Shown one piece after another: positions 37,455-47,167 of a DNA stretch of 64,000 nucleotides. The notes under the pieces were generated by a model that saw nothing but the letters and a program-made list of their open reading frames with translations, searched no databases and was not told the DNA's origin. Position 1 is the first letter of the stretch. Each line of letters starts with the position of its first letter. The position numbers were made by a program, and so were the translations under genes. This DNA comes from a virus (taxonomy: Duplodnaviria; Caudoviricetes). The stretch is taken from positions 64,001 to 128,000 of IMG/VR virus record IMGVR_UViG_3300001598_000034. One strand, given 5' to 3'.

Positions 37455-40400
37455 ATGGCCACTGGAATATCAGATTTTGAAAATCGTTTAAAAACGACTA
37501 CAAGAGACTCTAATTTACTTTTTGAAAATGAACTTGGATCCACAAATACACAGCTAACTCAAACTTTAACTGATACGATGAGAACGTTCAAAGATCAGAT
37601 GTCTTTTAATTTACAATCGTTGAACTTGACACTGAGTACTTTGTCGTCCTCTATGAATAATTTAGGAAGCAAAATCAGTGGTCTATCTCCCAATATAGCT
37701 GGACGTTATATTGAGTCAAACGTTAATCCTGGAACACTCTTAGGACCATTAAGTAGAGAATATGTTAATGCCCAGGGCAGTATATTTGGCGATATTTCTC
37801 CTTTTTTGGGAAATTCTGCATTTATTCATAGACCTTATAATGTAAACCCACTTGAATACTATACTGGGGCGCAAATGCAGAGAGATCTATATTCCCCAAA
37901 ATTTCTTAGTAATCTTGCTGCAAAAGCTCTTGGAGCAATAACACCAGGAAACACTATTGCTACCATTGGACTATCAGGATTATGGACTGGTACACATAAT
38001 TATATGAATACTGGAGATATGATTAGACGTATGTCTGGTAGATTTACCAGTTCACCATTTTCTTTAAATGATTCCTTAGGAGTTGCAAAAGAACTTCAAA
38101 AGCTTTCTTATGATGAGATAATGCGTAGCACATCAATAGAGAGTCGTCTTGGTTCTTCTGGGTACAACGATATTGCTGGTTTAGGACTGCAACTTGATTT
38201 ATTTAGAGGTAAAACTCCAGAACAATTATTAGGGCAGATAAAAGAAGCAGGCAAGGTAGTAAAGTTACTAACAGGAGTACTTGCTGCCAAAGATGTAAAG
38301 GATGCAATGGATGCTCTTGGACAATTAAAAAACATGGGTGTCAATCTAACGCGTCCTGGAGGGCAAGACTTTGCTAGGGAAATAAGTACTAAGTCATTTG
38401 GTTATGGTTTTATTAATAGCATGTCTAGCAACCAAATGTTAAATACTGGCTTACAGATTGCACAAGCTGGCTATGGAACTAATGGAATCCCAGCTGCGAT
38501 AGGTTTAATGCCTGGTATGCAGAATTTAGCCCTTATAAATGAAATGAGAAAAAGAGGGTTGGTATCTGACACTACTATCTCTGCTAGTGGTGGAGTTAAT
38601 ACTATGGCTGCCGGAATGCTCGGGGCTATAGGTGGTTTTTATACTTCTCCCGCTGGATTTGCTATGCTTGCTGCTGGAATGCAGGATGGAAAATTAAACC
38701 CAAATCTAACAAACGGTTTACTGGGTGGAAGCAATGGCCTAACTAATACTATTGGTGCTGGATTACGTAATCTGTTTACTGGTCCTGGAATGTTTGTTAA
38801 TTACGCTCGTGCTAGAGTTGACATGCCAAATATGCTAGCCGAAGCTGGACTAGAAAATCCATATGGACTAACTGATACATTTAAGTTGTGGAATATGAAC
38901 ACAATGCGCTATATGCCTCATTTTAGAAATTCATCTATGTATGATAAAATGTGGTTATTGTCAGACTTTTTGATGCGAAATCAAGGTATGACTTCTGGCG
39001 CTGCTAAAGCAACTGCTATGGATTGGTTGGATCCAACAATACGTCGCGATGTTGAATACTTGTCTAATATGGGTATTCTACGCGGAGAAGCTGATAAAGC
39101 AGCAGTATATGGTTCTCTTGGTGCAGAACTAAATAGACTAACTATAGAACCTGTAGAACGTTTAGCAAATAGAGCTACACAAGGTTTTGTTGATTTTGGA
39201 CAAACATTAACGGACTTTGCAAAACGGAGAGAAACTTATCGTAACCCAGATGAAATGTTACAAACTGGGTACAATCTTCTATATAGTAATGTTGACAAAA
39301 ATGGAAAGAAAACACCCGGGGTTCTGAATTATAATCCAGATAAAAAACTTAATAAACTCCTTTCGGCTAATACTATAAATAGATTTAACTCTTCGCTGTT
39401 TCCTGAATTAGAAGCTCAAGATATTAGAGCTATTGACATGTATACTGACCCAACAAGTATTGGTGGAGGCATAAAAAGGGCTGCTTATGGTGGCCTAAAT
39501 TGGTTAGCAAAACTGGGGTCGTTAGGTATCGCACAATATACAAACGAATCAGAAAGAGCTGTGATGAGATATGGAATGACCTTTTCAAAAGCTTATGATG
39601 GTATGTTGCAAATAATAGATAACCAATCTGGATGGAATCTTACGGAACTAAATGCTTACTATAGTGCCGCCTCTAATGGTAAAGCAAAAAAACTAACTTT
39701 AGATAAAGTAAGAGAACTAGGAAATGAATATCGTAATAACCCTTTTGCTTATGGATTAGCGCTAGGAAAAGAAGCAGGACTAGAAGGAGTAGGGGACTAT
39801 ACTATAGACTGGGGAGAAATTGCTTCAGACAATGATATTGATAATGAAGTAACTTCTTATATGAACCAGAATCCTGTTGGCGGGGAAAATCTTGAAAGAT
39901 ACATAAGTGGAATATTATCTGTTATTAGGAATGGAGAGGGGCTATATAATCTAAATACTAAACAAAAAATATTAAAAGCAATAGCAACAAATCCTCGTTT
40001 CAATACTTCTAGAAGATCCAAATCCGAAATGGAAAAATTAGATCCAGTATTACGAATGGCCGCCACACAGAAAGGATATGGAGTAGTTGCGGGTGGAGCA
40101 ACTAATATTAATGGTACAGCTGACTGGCAAGTAAAAGACCTCATACGTAAGGGAAATGGGGATATAAGTGCTTTATTTAGTGATAAAGGGCATGACTTTT
40201 GGGAAAGATCTAGACGTGCTGGCTTGACAGACGAACTTGTAAAAGTTGTTAAACTAGTAACAGACTATAATGCTGAAGCAAAAAAATCTGGAAAAAAACT
40301 AATAACAACTACCGATATATCTAAGGAGACTGCTTCTGGTGATAGTGATTATTTTAAACTTTTAAACTCTAATAATTACGATTCAAAAAAAATATTGGGT

Positions 40401-41237
40401 ATTACTTCTGATTTTAATAAAGTATTTAATAAACTAGGAAAATACGATAAGTTTCTTACTAAGTGGTCTGAACAAAGTGATGAAGAAGCTTTGCGCGGAA
40501 TACAAAGTGTCCTTGCCTCTCAAACAAATGGTGCATATACCCTTGACGATTTTCGGCAAACACTTTCTTTGCTTAAGGGAAATGAAAAGATATATAAAGA
40601 TATGCCTTCTCTTCTAACAGCTGGGTTATCTTTAGATATTTTAACACAGGATAATATCGATAATTATAAAACTAGTCTTGCGGAGAAGGATTTTAGTTCT
40701 TGGCAAAAGTATAGAGAAAAGGCCAGGATATTAACGGATAAAATTAATAAAGGCAGACCCTCTGGCCAGAAATTTACCACTGATTTATTGCTAAATCCTG
40801 CTAAGAGAGCTCGCTGGGAAGAAGAAAACGGTAAATTATCTACTGAGCAAGTAACCGATATAAAGAATCTAACCACTGAGATGTTAAATACTGGTAATTC
40901 TATTGTTAAACAAAAACTTGAAGAAGCAAATACAAAACAGCTACAAGAGACTGTTACAGGTAGTTTTCTAAAAGATGCTGAGAAAAATCCTGTAGCTAAA
41001 GCGATGAAACTTGTTCAAGGCGAATATTGTTTGAGAACAACTTCTGTAAAAGATGAAACTGAAGTCACTCCTGGAGATGGACTTAATGCTCTTTCTGAAG
41101 TTAGAAGTGGAATAGACAAAGCAATGGAAAAAGACAACAATAAGTTAGACTTCGGTCTTACACTTAAAGATTATATGGAAAGACACTTTACGCAGGTAAA
41201 TACTAAGCTTACTTATACTAGACAAATAAAAGGATAA
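37455..41237 (+). CDS. putative tape measure protein
   Basis: 1260 aa, helical, Gly/Ala/Met-rich; between chaperone and baseplate genes. Confidence 0.65.
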   Translation: MATGISDFENRLKTTTRDSNLLFENELGSTNTQLTQTLTDTMRTFKDQMSFNLQSLNLTLSTLSSSMNNLGSKISGLSPNIAGRYIESNVNPGTLLGPLSREYVNAQGSIFGDISPFLGNSAFIHRPYNVNPLEYYTGAQMQRDLYSPKFLSNLAAKALGAITPGNTIATIGLSGLWTGTHNYMNTGDMIRRMSGRFTSSPFSLNDSLGVAKELQKLSYDEIMRSTSIESRLGSSGYNDIAGLGLQLDLFRGKTPEQLLGQIKEAGKVVKLLTGVLAAKDVKDAMDALGQLKNMGVNLTRPGGQDFAREISTKSFGYGFINSMSSNQMLNTGLQIAQAGYGTNGIPAAIGLMPGMQNLALINEMRKRGLVSDTTISASGGVNTMAAGMLGAIGGFYTSPAGFAMLAAGMQDGKLNPNLTNGLLGGSNGLTNTIGAGLRNLFTGPGMFVNYARARVDMPNMLAEAGLENPYGLTDTFKLWNMNTMRYMPHFRNSSMYDKMWLLSDFLMRNQGMTSGAAKATAMDWLDPTIRRDVEYLSNMGILRGEADKAAVYGSLGAELNRLTIEPVERLANRATQGFVDFGQTLTDFAKRRETYRNPDEMLQTGYNLLYSNVDKNGKKTPGVLNYNPDKKLNKLLSANTINRFNSSLFPELEAQDIRAIDMYTDPTSIGGGIKRAAYGGLNWLAKLGSLGIAQYTNESERAVMRYGMTFSKAYDGMLQIIDNQSGWNLTELNAYYSAASNGKAKKLTLDKVRELGNEYRNNPFAYGLALGKEAGLEGVGDYTIDWGEIASDNDIDNEVTSYMNQNPVGGENLERYISGILSVIRNGEGLYNLNTKQKILKAIATNPRFNTSRRSKSEMEKLDPVLRMAATQKGYGVVAGGATNINGTADWQVKDLIRKGNGDISALFSDKGHDFWERSRRAGLTDELVKVVKLVTDYNAEAKKSGKKLITTTDISKETASGDSDYFKLLNSNNYDSKKILGITSDFNKVFNKLGKYDKFLTKWSEQSDEEALRGIQSVLASQTNGAYTLDDFRQTLSLLKGNEKIYKDMPSLLTAGLSLDILTQDNIDNYKTSLAEKDFSSWQKYREKARILTDKINKGRPSGQKFTTDLLLNPAKRARWEEENGKLSTEQVTDIKNLTTEMLNTGNSIVKQKLEEANTKQLQETVTGSFLKDAEKNPVAKAMKLVQGEYCLRTTSVKDETEVTPGDGLNALSEVRSGIDKAMEKDNNKLDFGLTLKDYMERHFTQVNTKLTYTRQIKG

Positions 41238-41243
41238 TAACAT

Positions 41244-42326
41244 ATGGGCACAAATCCAATAGATCTCGCACAATACACAAAGAAAGCAACAGGTGATAGT
41301 GTTATAACCCTAGAAACTGTTGATAGCGATATTTTAAAAAATACAACAGTTAGTGTTGGTGGGAATATTGCTTCTTTAGCTGATAGTACAATAAGTGCCA
41401 AAGCAGCAAATGCTATATCTATTGATAATGCTGGTATTGCTCTAAAGGATCAATATACTAGCAAAAATGGTAGTAGACTTGTTGCTTTTGAGTATACTTC
41501 TGGAGATGATGATGACCAACGTAGAGCATATTTGCGTTTACTTGGCCCTGAAGAAGGATTTAATGACTTAATAAAAGATACTCAAAATACATCTCTTCAA
41601 GCAATTATATCTGAACTTAAAAGTGATACTGGTTTTAGAAGTTTTATACTAACATCTTTAACAGAAAATTTTCAAGAAAAACAATCTATAATTCAAACTA
41701 TAAATGATTATTTTATTACTACTTTTTCTGGACAGGAGCCACAAATTATTCAAATTTCTGGAATACTTCCTTTTGACGCGGCTTCCTACACTTCTTCTTG
41801 GTTTTTAAATTTTATAAATGCTTATAAATTTATTTTTAGAGCTAGTATTTTAGCTAAATATAAACTTCAACTTTATATAATTTTACCAGATTTTTCTAAA
41901 TATAGATGCTATCCAATTTCATTTTCTTCTGGAGTGCAATCAAATCAAGATAATTTAACACAATTTCAAATGAATGCAATTGTAGTACAGGAAGATATTC
42001 AAGAAGCAAAGGGGATCTCTGCTTCTGTATCTACCCCATCTACATTATCAGAAAAAGTTGCGGCAAATATTACTGATACTAAAAATAAAGAAACTAGTGG
42101 TGATAATCAAGACCCAAAAGACGTTGGTAAAAAAAGCGCTCTAGAGAAGGCTCTTAATAGTACGCGTGATTTTATTAATACCATTGCTACAGGACAAGGT
42201 ACTAATGAGGTAGCAAAAACAATAAATAAAGTTAATAGAATTCTGGGGTCTGCTAAAATTGCTAATAAAGTAATAACTTCTGCCGGTAATATTTTTGGAG
42301 TTAGAACTGGAGTGAAACTTTTTTAA
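41244..42326 (+). CDS. putative baseplate/tail-tube initiator protein
   Basis: Tube-fold-like core (FILTSLTENFQEKQSII...FSGQEPQIIQISG); follows the tape measure gene. Confidence 0.5.
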   Translation: MGTNPIDLAQYTKKATGDSVITLETVDSDILKNTTVSVGGNIASLADSTISAKAANAISIDNAGIALKDQYTSKNGSRLVAFEYTSGDDDDQRRAYLRLLGPEEGFNDLIKDTQNTSLQAIISELKSDTGFRSFILTSLTENFQEKQSIIQTINDYFITTFSGQEPQIIQISGILPFDAASYTSSWFLNFINAYKFIFRASILAKYKLQLYIILPDFSKYRCYPISFSSGVQSNQDNLTQFQMNAIVVQEDIQEAKGISASVSTPSTLSEKVAANITDTKNKETSGDNQDPKDVGKKSALEKALNSTRDFINTIATGQGTNEVAKTINKVNRILGSAKIANKVITSAGNIFGVRTGVKLF

Positions 42327-43069
42327 TGTCAAATTTTTCAAATAAGGATAATACTTTTTACTTAGAAGCAAAAGTATTATTAGAGGGAGTCGAAATACCT
42401 TATAATAATGTAAGTATATCTTATGGTATAGATACTGAACCATCATGTACCATATCTATGCCAGGATCTTCAATTCTTAAGGATTTACCTTTAAATACAA
42501 AGGTATTAGTTTTATATAAAAACTTTTTAGAAAATTCCTCAAAGAATACTTGGTATGTTCTTTTCGAAGGGGAATTAGAAAATGTACAAGTAGCTAATGA
42601 TTATGCTGCTTCTACTATGACTATTAATGCTATTCATTCAACAAAATACTTGAATTTAATGCAATTATTATTGCAAGAAGCTACAGCAAAAGCAGTTGGC
42701 ATGGAGAACATTGATTGGGGTGGAGGGCTGGCTACTTGTAATCAGATATCTGGTAACACATATGCTGATTCTATTTTATTAGAAGGGCTTTTCCCCGAGA
42801 AAGGCAAAAATGAAAACTTCGAAACTATGGCAGATTTAGTGTATTGTTTAATAAAAGTTTTGCTAAATGAAAAACTATATGGAGCGGCAACAACAGGATT
42901 TTTCCGTAACAAAATATGTAATACATATAAACTTCCTGACCGTATTTTCAATGTTAGTTCTACTGCACGTAAAGCTGTAGATAAAATAATTTCTAAAATG
43001 AAGGAGCGCACCCTTGCCTCTACTGGATCAGGGCAAAAAATAGCTTTCGATGCGCTTCATTCGGATTGA
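42326..43069 (+). CDS. putative baseplate hub protein, N-terminal part
   Basis: VLLEGVEIP...SCTISMP...VLFEGE pattern; operon context. Confidence 0.5.
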   Translation: MSNFSNKDNTFYLEAKVLLEGVEIPYNNVSISYGIDTEPSCTISMPGSSILKDLPLNTKVLVLYKNFLENSSKNTWYVLFEGELENVQVANDYAASTMTINAIHSTKYLNLMQLLLQEATAKAVGMENIDWGGGLATCNQISGNTYADSILLEGLFPEKGKNENFETMADLVYCLIKVLLNEKLYGAATTGFFRNKICNTYKLPDRIFNVSSTARKAVDKIISKMKERTLASTGSGQKIAFDALHSD

Positions 43070-43088
43070 AAGGGGTATCTTTTAAATT

Positions 43089-44570
43089 ATGCCGATAAAT
43101 AGTGCACCTATTAAACCAGATGAAAATAAAGTAAATGACGTAATGCAAAAGGGGGTTGAAGCTGCTGGCAACGCTCTCACCCCTGAACAGAAAGCAGAAA
43201 TAGAAGAACGCCTAAAAGCAAATGGTAAGGGTATTAAAGATTCTGATAAGTATACCGAAAATACCATCAGCACTGAAAAAAAGACTACCACAACAGATTC
43301 TAATAGCGAAAATAAAGCTAAAGAAGAAAATAGCACTGGTGATGGAGTTGAGAAAAAACAAACCCCTATAATAAATTTTACTAAATTAGTTTTAGGAACA
43401 AGATTTCAGAGTACTCTTAAAAGTCCTTTTTTAAAACCTGGCTATATGTCACTATTAGATGCAATAAAAAGTCTATTGAGTTTTACTTATTATAATATTT
43501 ATACAGTTCCAACATTAAAAGATAATAATTGTATTATTATAAAGCCAGAAACATTTTTTGTAATGATACCAAAATGTAATATAATATTACCATCGATGAA
43601 ACATAGTGTTTCTTACAGCCTGAATTCTAAATATGCACCAACTAGAGTTTTATTTATAACGGATCCTTTGCAAATCCAAGGTAGTTCTGATAAAAGTGTA
43701 AAAATGGCAACAGTTGCTGCAGTAAAATACGGTGATAGTGAGAAAGGGTTATCTGGTGACATAGACATCCTTGCTAGTAATATTAAGAAAGTAGAAGTAA
43801 CTAATTCTGACTCCTGGCCTGTATATCAATTGACTGACTATGAAATTGACTTTGGGCCTAGACTATATAATGACATGGGCGGAGGAGATCTAATCGCATA
43901 CATAGAGGCTTATTCAGTTAATAATCCTGATATAAAAAGTGCTGAAGTTGCAGAAGCAGTTGAAAATTTAGCTAAATATACACTTTTGAAAGCTCGCTAT
44001 ATTTCAAGGACAGGCAGCGTAGCTACTTATTTTAATCCTTATATTGTTCCAGGATTTCCTCTTGCTATTATAGAAGATAAAACAAAGAATTCTGCCGCTA
44101 CTAATATTTATGGTTATGTTACTGCAGTAATACATAATATAACATACAACTCTTGGTCTACATCTGTAACATTTAGTGCATCTACTGTTGATGGTGAAAT
44201 TCGTCCAGATGCATTTCCTGTGGCGGAAGATGACTATAAGCCAGAAAATATTAGCAGCACATATGCAAATCTTTTAGGAACGTCTGATTGCTATGATACT
44301 AAAACTATTTCATCTATGTTAGAAAAAGAAACACAAGATTCCTATACTGTAACAGATAGCTTTAATTTCATAAAAAGACCAGTAACAACTTTACAAGAAT
44401 TTTTGCAAAGTATGACTGGAACAGCTACTGAGCCAATAGTTAAAAATAATGTTATGCGAATTGAAAGTTCTCTATATAAAAAAGATATCCAAGAAAAAAT
44501 AATTGAATATTCAGAAAATATTTTAGCTAAAGACAAACATTTTGCATTGCATACAAAGGATATACGATAA
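43089..44570 (+). CDS. putative baseplate hub protein, C-terminal part
   Basis: RTGSVATYFNPYIVPGFP...GYVTAVIHNI...STSVTF (gpD/gp27-like end). Confidence 0.5.
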   Translation: MPINSAPIKPDENKVNDVMQKGVEAAGNALTPEQKAEIEERLKANGKGIKDSDKYTENTISTEKKTTTTDSNSENKAKEENSTGDGVEKKQTPIINFTKLVLGTRFQSTLKSPFLKPGYMSLLDAIKSLLSFTYYNIYTVPTLKDNNCIIIKPETFFVMIPKCNIILPSMKHSVSYSLNSKYAPTRVLFITDPLQIQGSSDKSVKMATVAAVKYGDSEKGLSGDIDILASNIKKVEVTNSDSWPVYQLTDYEIDFGPRLYNDMGGGDLIAYIEAYSVNNPDIKSAEVAEAVENLAKYTLLKARYISRTGSVATYFNPYIVPGFPLAIIEDKTKNSAATNIYGYVTAVIHNITYNSWSTSVTFSASTVDGEIRPDAFPVAEDDYKPENISSTYANLLGTSDCYDTKTISSMLEKETQDSYTVTDSFNFIKRPVTTLQEFLQSMTGTATEPIVKNNVMRIESSLYKKDIQEKIIEYSENILAKDKHFALHTKDIR

Positions 44571-44571
44571 T

Positions 44572-44817
44572 ATGTCATTACTTAAGCATTATACTACATC
44601 ACCAGAAATAACGTGTTCTTTTGGGGCAACAGAATTAGAAGCTCAAGAGAAAAAAGCCGAAGCTATCATAGAACTCAAAAATAAGGGTGCAGTTATAGTA
44701 CCAGGGTATGAATATCCAGAAGAAGATAAAACCCTGCATAAATTAAAAAATGCAGCAAACGGCTATAATGATATTTATGGTAATCAAACTAAATACTGGG
44801 ACATTATATATAGGTAG
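44572..44817 (+). CDS. hypothetical protein
   Basis: ATG at 44572 after AAGGA. Confidence 0.6.
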   Translation: MSLLKHYTTSPEITCSFGATELEAQEKKAEAIIELKNKGAVIVPGYEYPEEDKTLHKLKNAANGYNDIYGNQTKYWDIIYR

Positions 44818-44844
44818 AGAAAATTCTCTACCTATATTTTTTTT
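44808..44844 (+). terminator. intrinsic terminator
   Basis: ATATAGGTAGAGA/TCTCTACCTATAT followed by a T tract. Confidence 0.8.
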
Positions 44845-44886
44845 ATTTTTTAAAAATAGGTATAATATCTATATAGAGGTAAAAGA

Positions 44887-46704
44887 ATGCTATTAATATT
44901 TCCTAAAAAAATAGAAGCTGCTTCTGATTGTAATTATAAATTAGCAGAATACATAAAAAAATATATAGAAGAACGTGGCGGACAAGCTGAAATATCTCGT
45001 AAGTCAAGTGACTCACCAGAGATAGAACCTTTAGTTTGCAAAAATACAGTAAACCCAGATATTTTTTTAGGACTATATACTGGTGAATATGTTGGTGGAA
45101 CATATATTATAGTCTGCAATGCCTATTCCGCTTTGGCTGGTACTTATAATGCTTTGCTGTGTAAAGAGTTTGGTGATCCTTTAGAAAGCGAAACTTCTGG
45201 TTTAGATATTGTGGGCGAATTAAAACTAAGCAATACTTGTGATATTACATTACACTTGCCTGCACTTGTTAAAGATTACACTGATGATCAGTTAGAATCA
45301 CTAGCGAAAAAACTTGTTGAAGAAAGCTGCTGGTATCCTATTTATACTAAAACAAAAGATACCAGTGTTCCTAATATGTCTGATCCTTACTTATATAGGT
45401 TTTCTTCTGATACTTCTTGGCATGAAGAAACATATGAGTTTAAGCCTGCTCCAGAACCAGAAATAGAGACAGATGCCGTTATCAATGATGATCCAGAACC
45501 AGAGGTTAAATCTTCAGGTAAAATTGGATATGATGATAAAGATGAAAAAGGCCATCCCATACACTATTTAGAAATAGATTCTAAAGAAACTGGAGATTAT
45601 CCAGTAGACCAAGCTATAGTTCCACCAGAAACCCCAATACAAAAGCACTATGTATGGTCTATACCACTATCCAACGTGCCTTCAACCGCTAAGAAAATTA
45701 TTTTTCAAGCTAAGGGAATGTCCGGTGGTGAGAAAATATATGTTAAAATTGGAAAAACTCAAGCAACATATGAAAGTGATATACCAACAACCTATCAAGA
45801 GTGGACTAGTGATGTAGCTACAACAGCCTATACACAATTCGATTTACATGACATTACTCTTAAAGCTGATAATTTAGAATCCCTTGAACTTGGTGTAATA
45901 GGTGAAGGTAAAGTTCGTTTTACTGGTATTTGGATTACTGATTCTACAACTAATTATGAGAAGCTCCCTTACCCATATCGAAAAGAGTACTCTGAAGAAG
46001 AAATAGAGAAGCAAGAAGAAGTACCAAAAAAACCTGGTATTACTTTAACAAAAGCTGCTACTTTAGATGATAGAGCAAAAGATCAAATTTCTCCACCAGA
46101 ACCTGTCCCAGAACAAGATACTTCTGAGGATCCTGCCGGTGGTGCTTCTACTGCCACTGCAGAGGGCTTTGCTACTGCAGTAAGTGGTGTAATGGAAAGT
46201 TTAACTGGAGCTGGGAAGATACTGGATACTCAAAGTTTAATGAAACTAGACACTAATGCTCTTACAGATAAAATAACAAAAGAACTAGACTTCGGTAAAA
46301 AACTAAATATGTCTAAAGCTAAAGAAAAATTAGAGGGGATCAAAAATGCTGCTTTAGCTCAAGCAGAAGAGTTGAAAAAGGTTTCCGAAGATAAAACAAA
46401 TGCACTGAATTCTATGATGACTAAAGACGCACTATCTGGTATATTGCCAATAGCTATACCTACAATACCAACTACTGAATCACTGAGCCAGATAGTGGCA
46501 TCTAAAGCACTCCTAGAAAATAAAAAGGATGCTTTAGATGCTGGAATAACTAATTTGAAAAAAGGTTTACCAAGTATTAATGTTCCGGATTTATCTAATT
46601 TGCAGAGTAAAATACAAGGAATACAAGCAGTTCAAACAGTAGCTAAAAATGCAGTAGATACTGCATCTGCGTCTGCTTCTACTAAAATTATAGAATTATT
46701 CTAG
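44887..46704 (+). CDS. virion-associated protein with degenerate amidase_3-like N-terminal domain
   Basis: DCNYKLAEYIKKYIEERGGQAEISRK...NPDIFLGL resembles Amidase_3 without the His ligands; beta-sandwich middle; helical C-terminus. Confidence 0.45.
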   Translation: MLLIFPKKIEAASDCNYKLAEYIKKYIEERGGQAEISRKSSDSPEIEPLVCKNTVNPDIFLGLYTGEYVGGTYIIVCNAYSALAGTYNALLCKEFGDPLESETSGLDIVGELKLSNTCDITLHLPALVKDYTDDQLESLAKKLVEESCWYPIYTKTKDTSVPNMSDPYLYRFSSDTSWHEETYEFKPAPEPEIETDAVINDDPEPEVKSSGKIGYDDKDEKGHPIHYLEIDSKETGDYPVDQAIVPPETPIQKHYVWSIPLSNVPSTAKKIIFQAKGMSGGEKIYVKIGKTQATYESDIPTTYQEWTSDVATTAYTQFDLHDITLKADNLESLELGVIGEGKVRFTGIWITDSTTNYEKLPYPYRKEYSEEEIEKQEEVPKKPGITLTKAATLDDRAKDQISPPEPVPEQDTSEDPAGGASTATAEGFATAVSGVMESLTGAGKILDTQSLMKLDTNALTDKITKELDFGKKLNMSKAKEKLEGIKNAALAQAEELKKVSEDKTNALNSMMTKDALSGILPIAIPTIPTTESLSQIVASKALLENKKDALDAGITNLKKGLPSINVPDLSNLQSKIQGIQAVQTVAKNAVDTASASASTKIIELF

Positions 46705-46714
46705 GAGATAAATT

Positions 46715-47155
46715 ATGATTTCCGGATTACAACTTTTAAAAAATTTTGATAATAAATATGCTACTAAAAAGGAAATTAACTACACTTTAGATAGCTATTC
46801 GGTAACAAAGGGACCTCTAAGATCTATGCAAAAATTTGTAGTTATTTTGCAAACTGAGCGTGGGTCGGACCCTATACGTCCATGGTTTGGTACTAAGATT
46901 GCAAATATTAACTTAATGAACATTGTGAATAAGACAGAACTGGAATTATTTTTACGTTCAGAATGTTCTTCTGCTATTTCTCAGTTTTTTAAACTACAAG
47001 AAGAAGAAAGTACTCAAAGTGCACAAACTGGTTATGATATAATAGAAGGATTAGAATTGCTGAAAGTAAAGATAGACGAGAGCAATACTATTTCGTTGGT
47101 ATTTAAATTTAAACCATTAAAATATGAATCAATATTATTTTCAATAAATGTTTAA
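46715..47155 (+). CDS. baseplate wedge protein, gp25/gpW-like
   Basis: QKFVVILQTERGSDPIRPWFGT. Confidence 0.75.
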   Translation: MISGLQLLKNFDNKYATKKEINYTLDSYSVTKGPLRSMQKFVVILQTERGSDPIRPWFGTKIANINLMNIVNKTELELFLRSECSSAISQFFKLQEEESTQSAQTGYDIIEGLELLKVKIDESNTISLVFKFKPLKYESILFSINV

Positions 47156-47167
47156 CAAGGGGTATAA

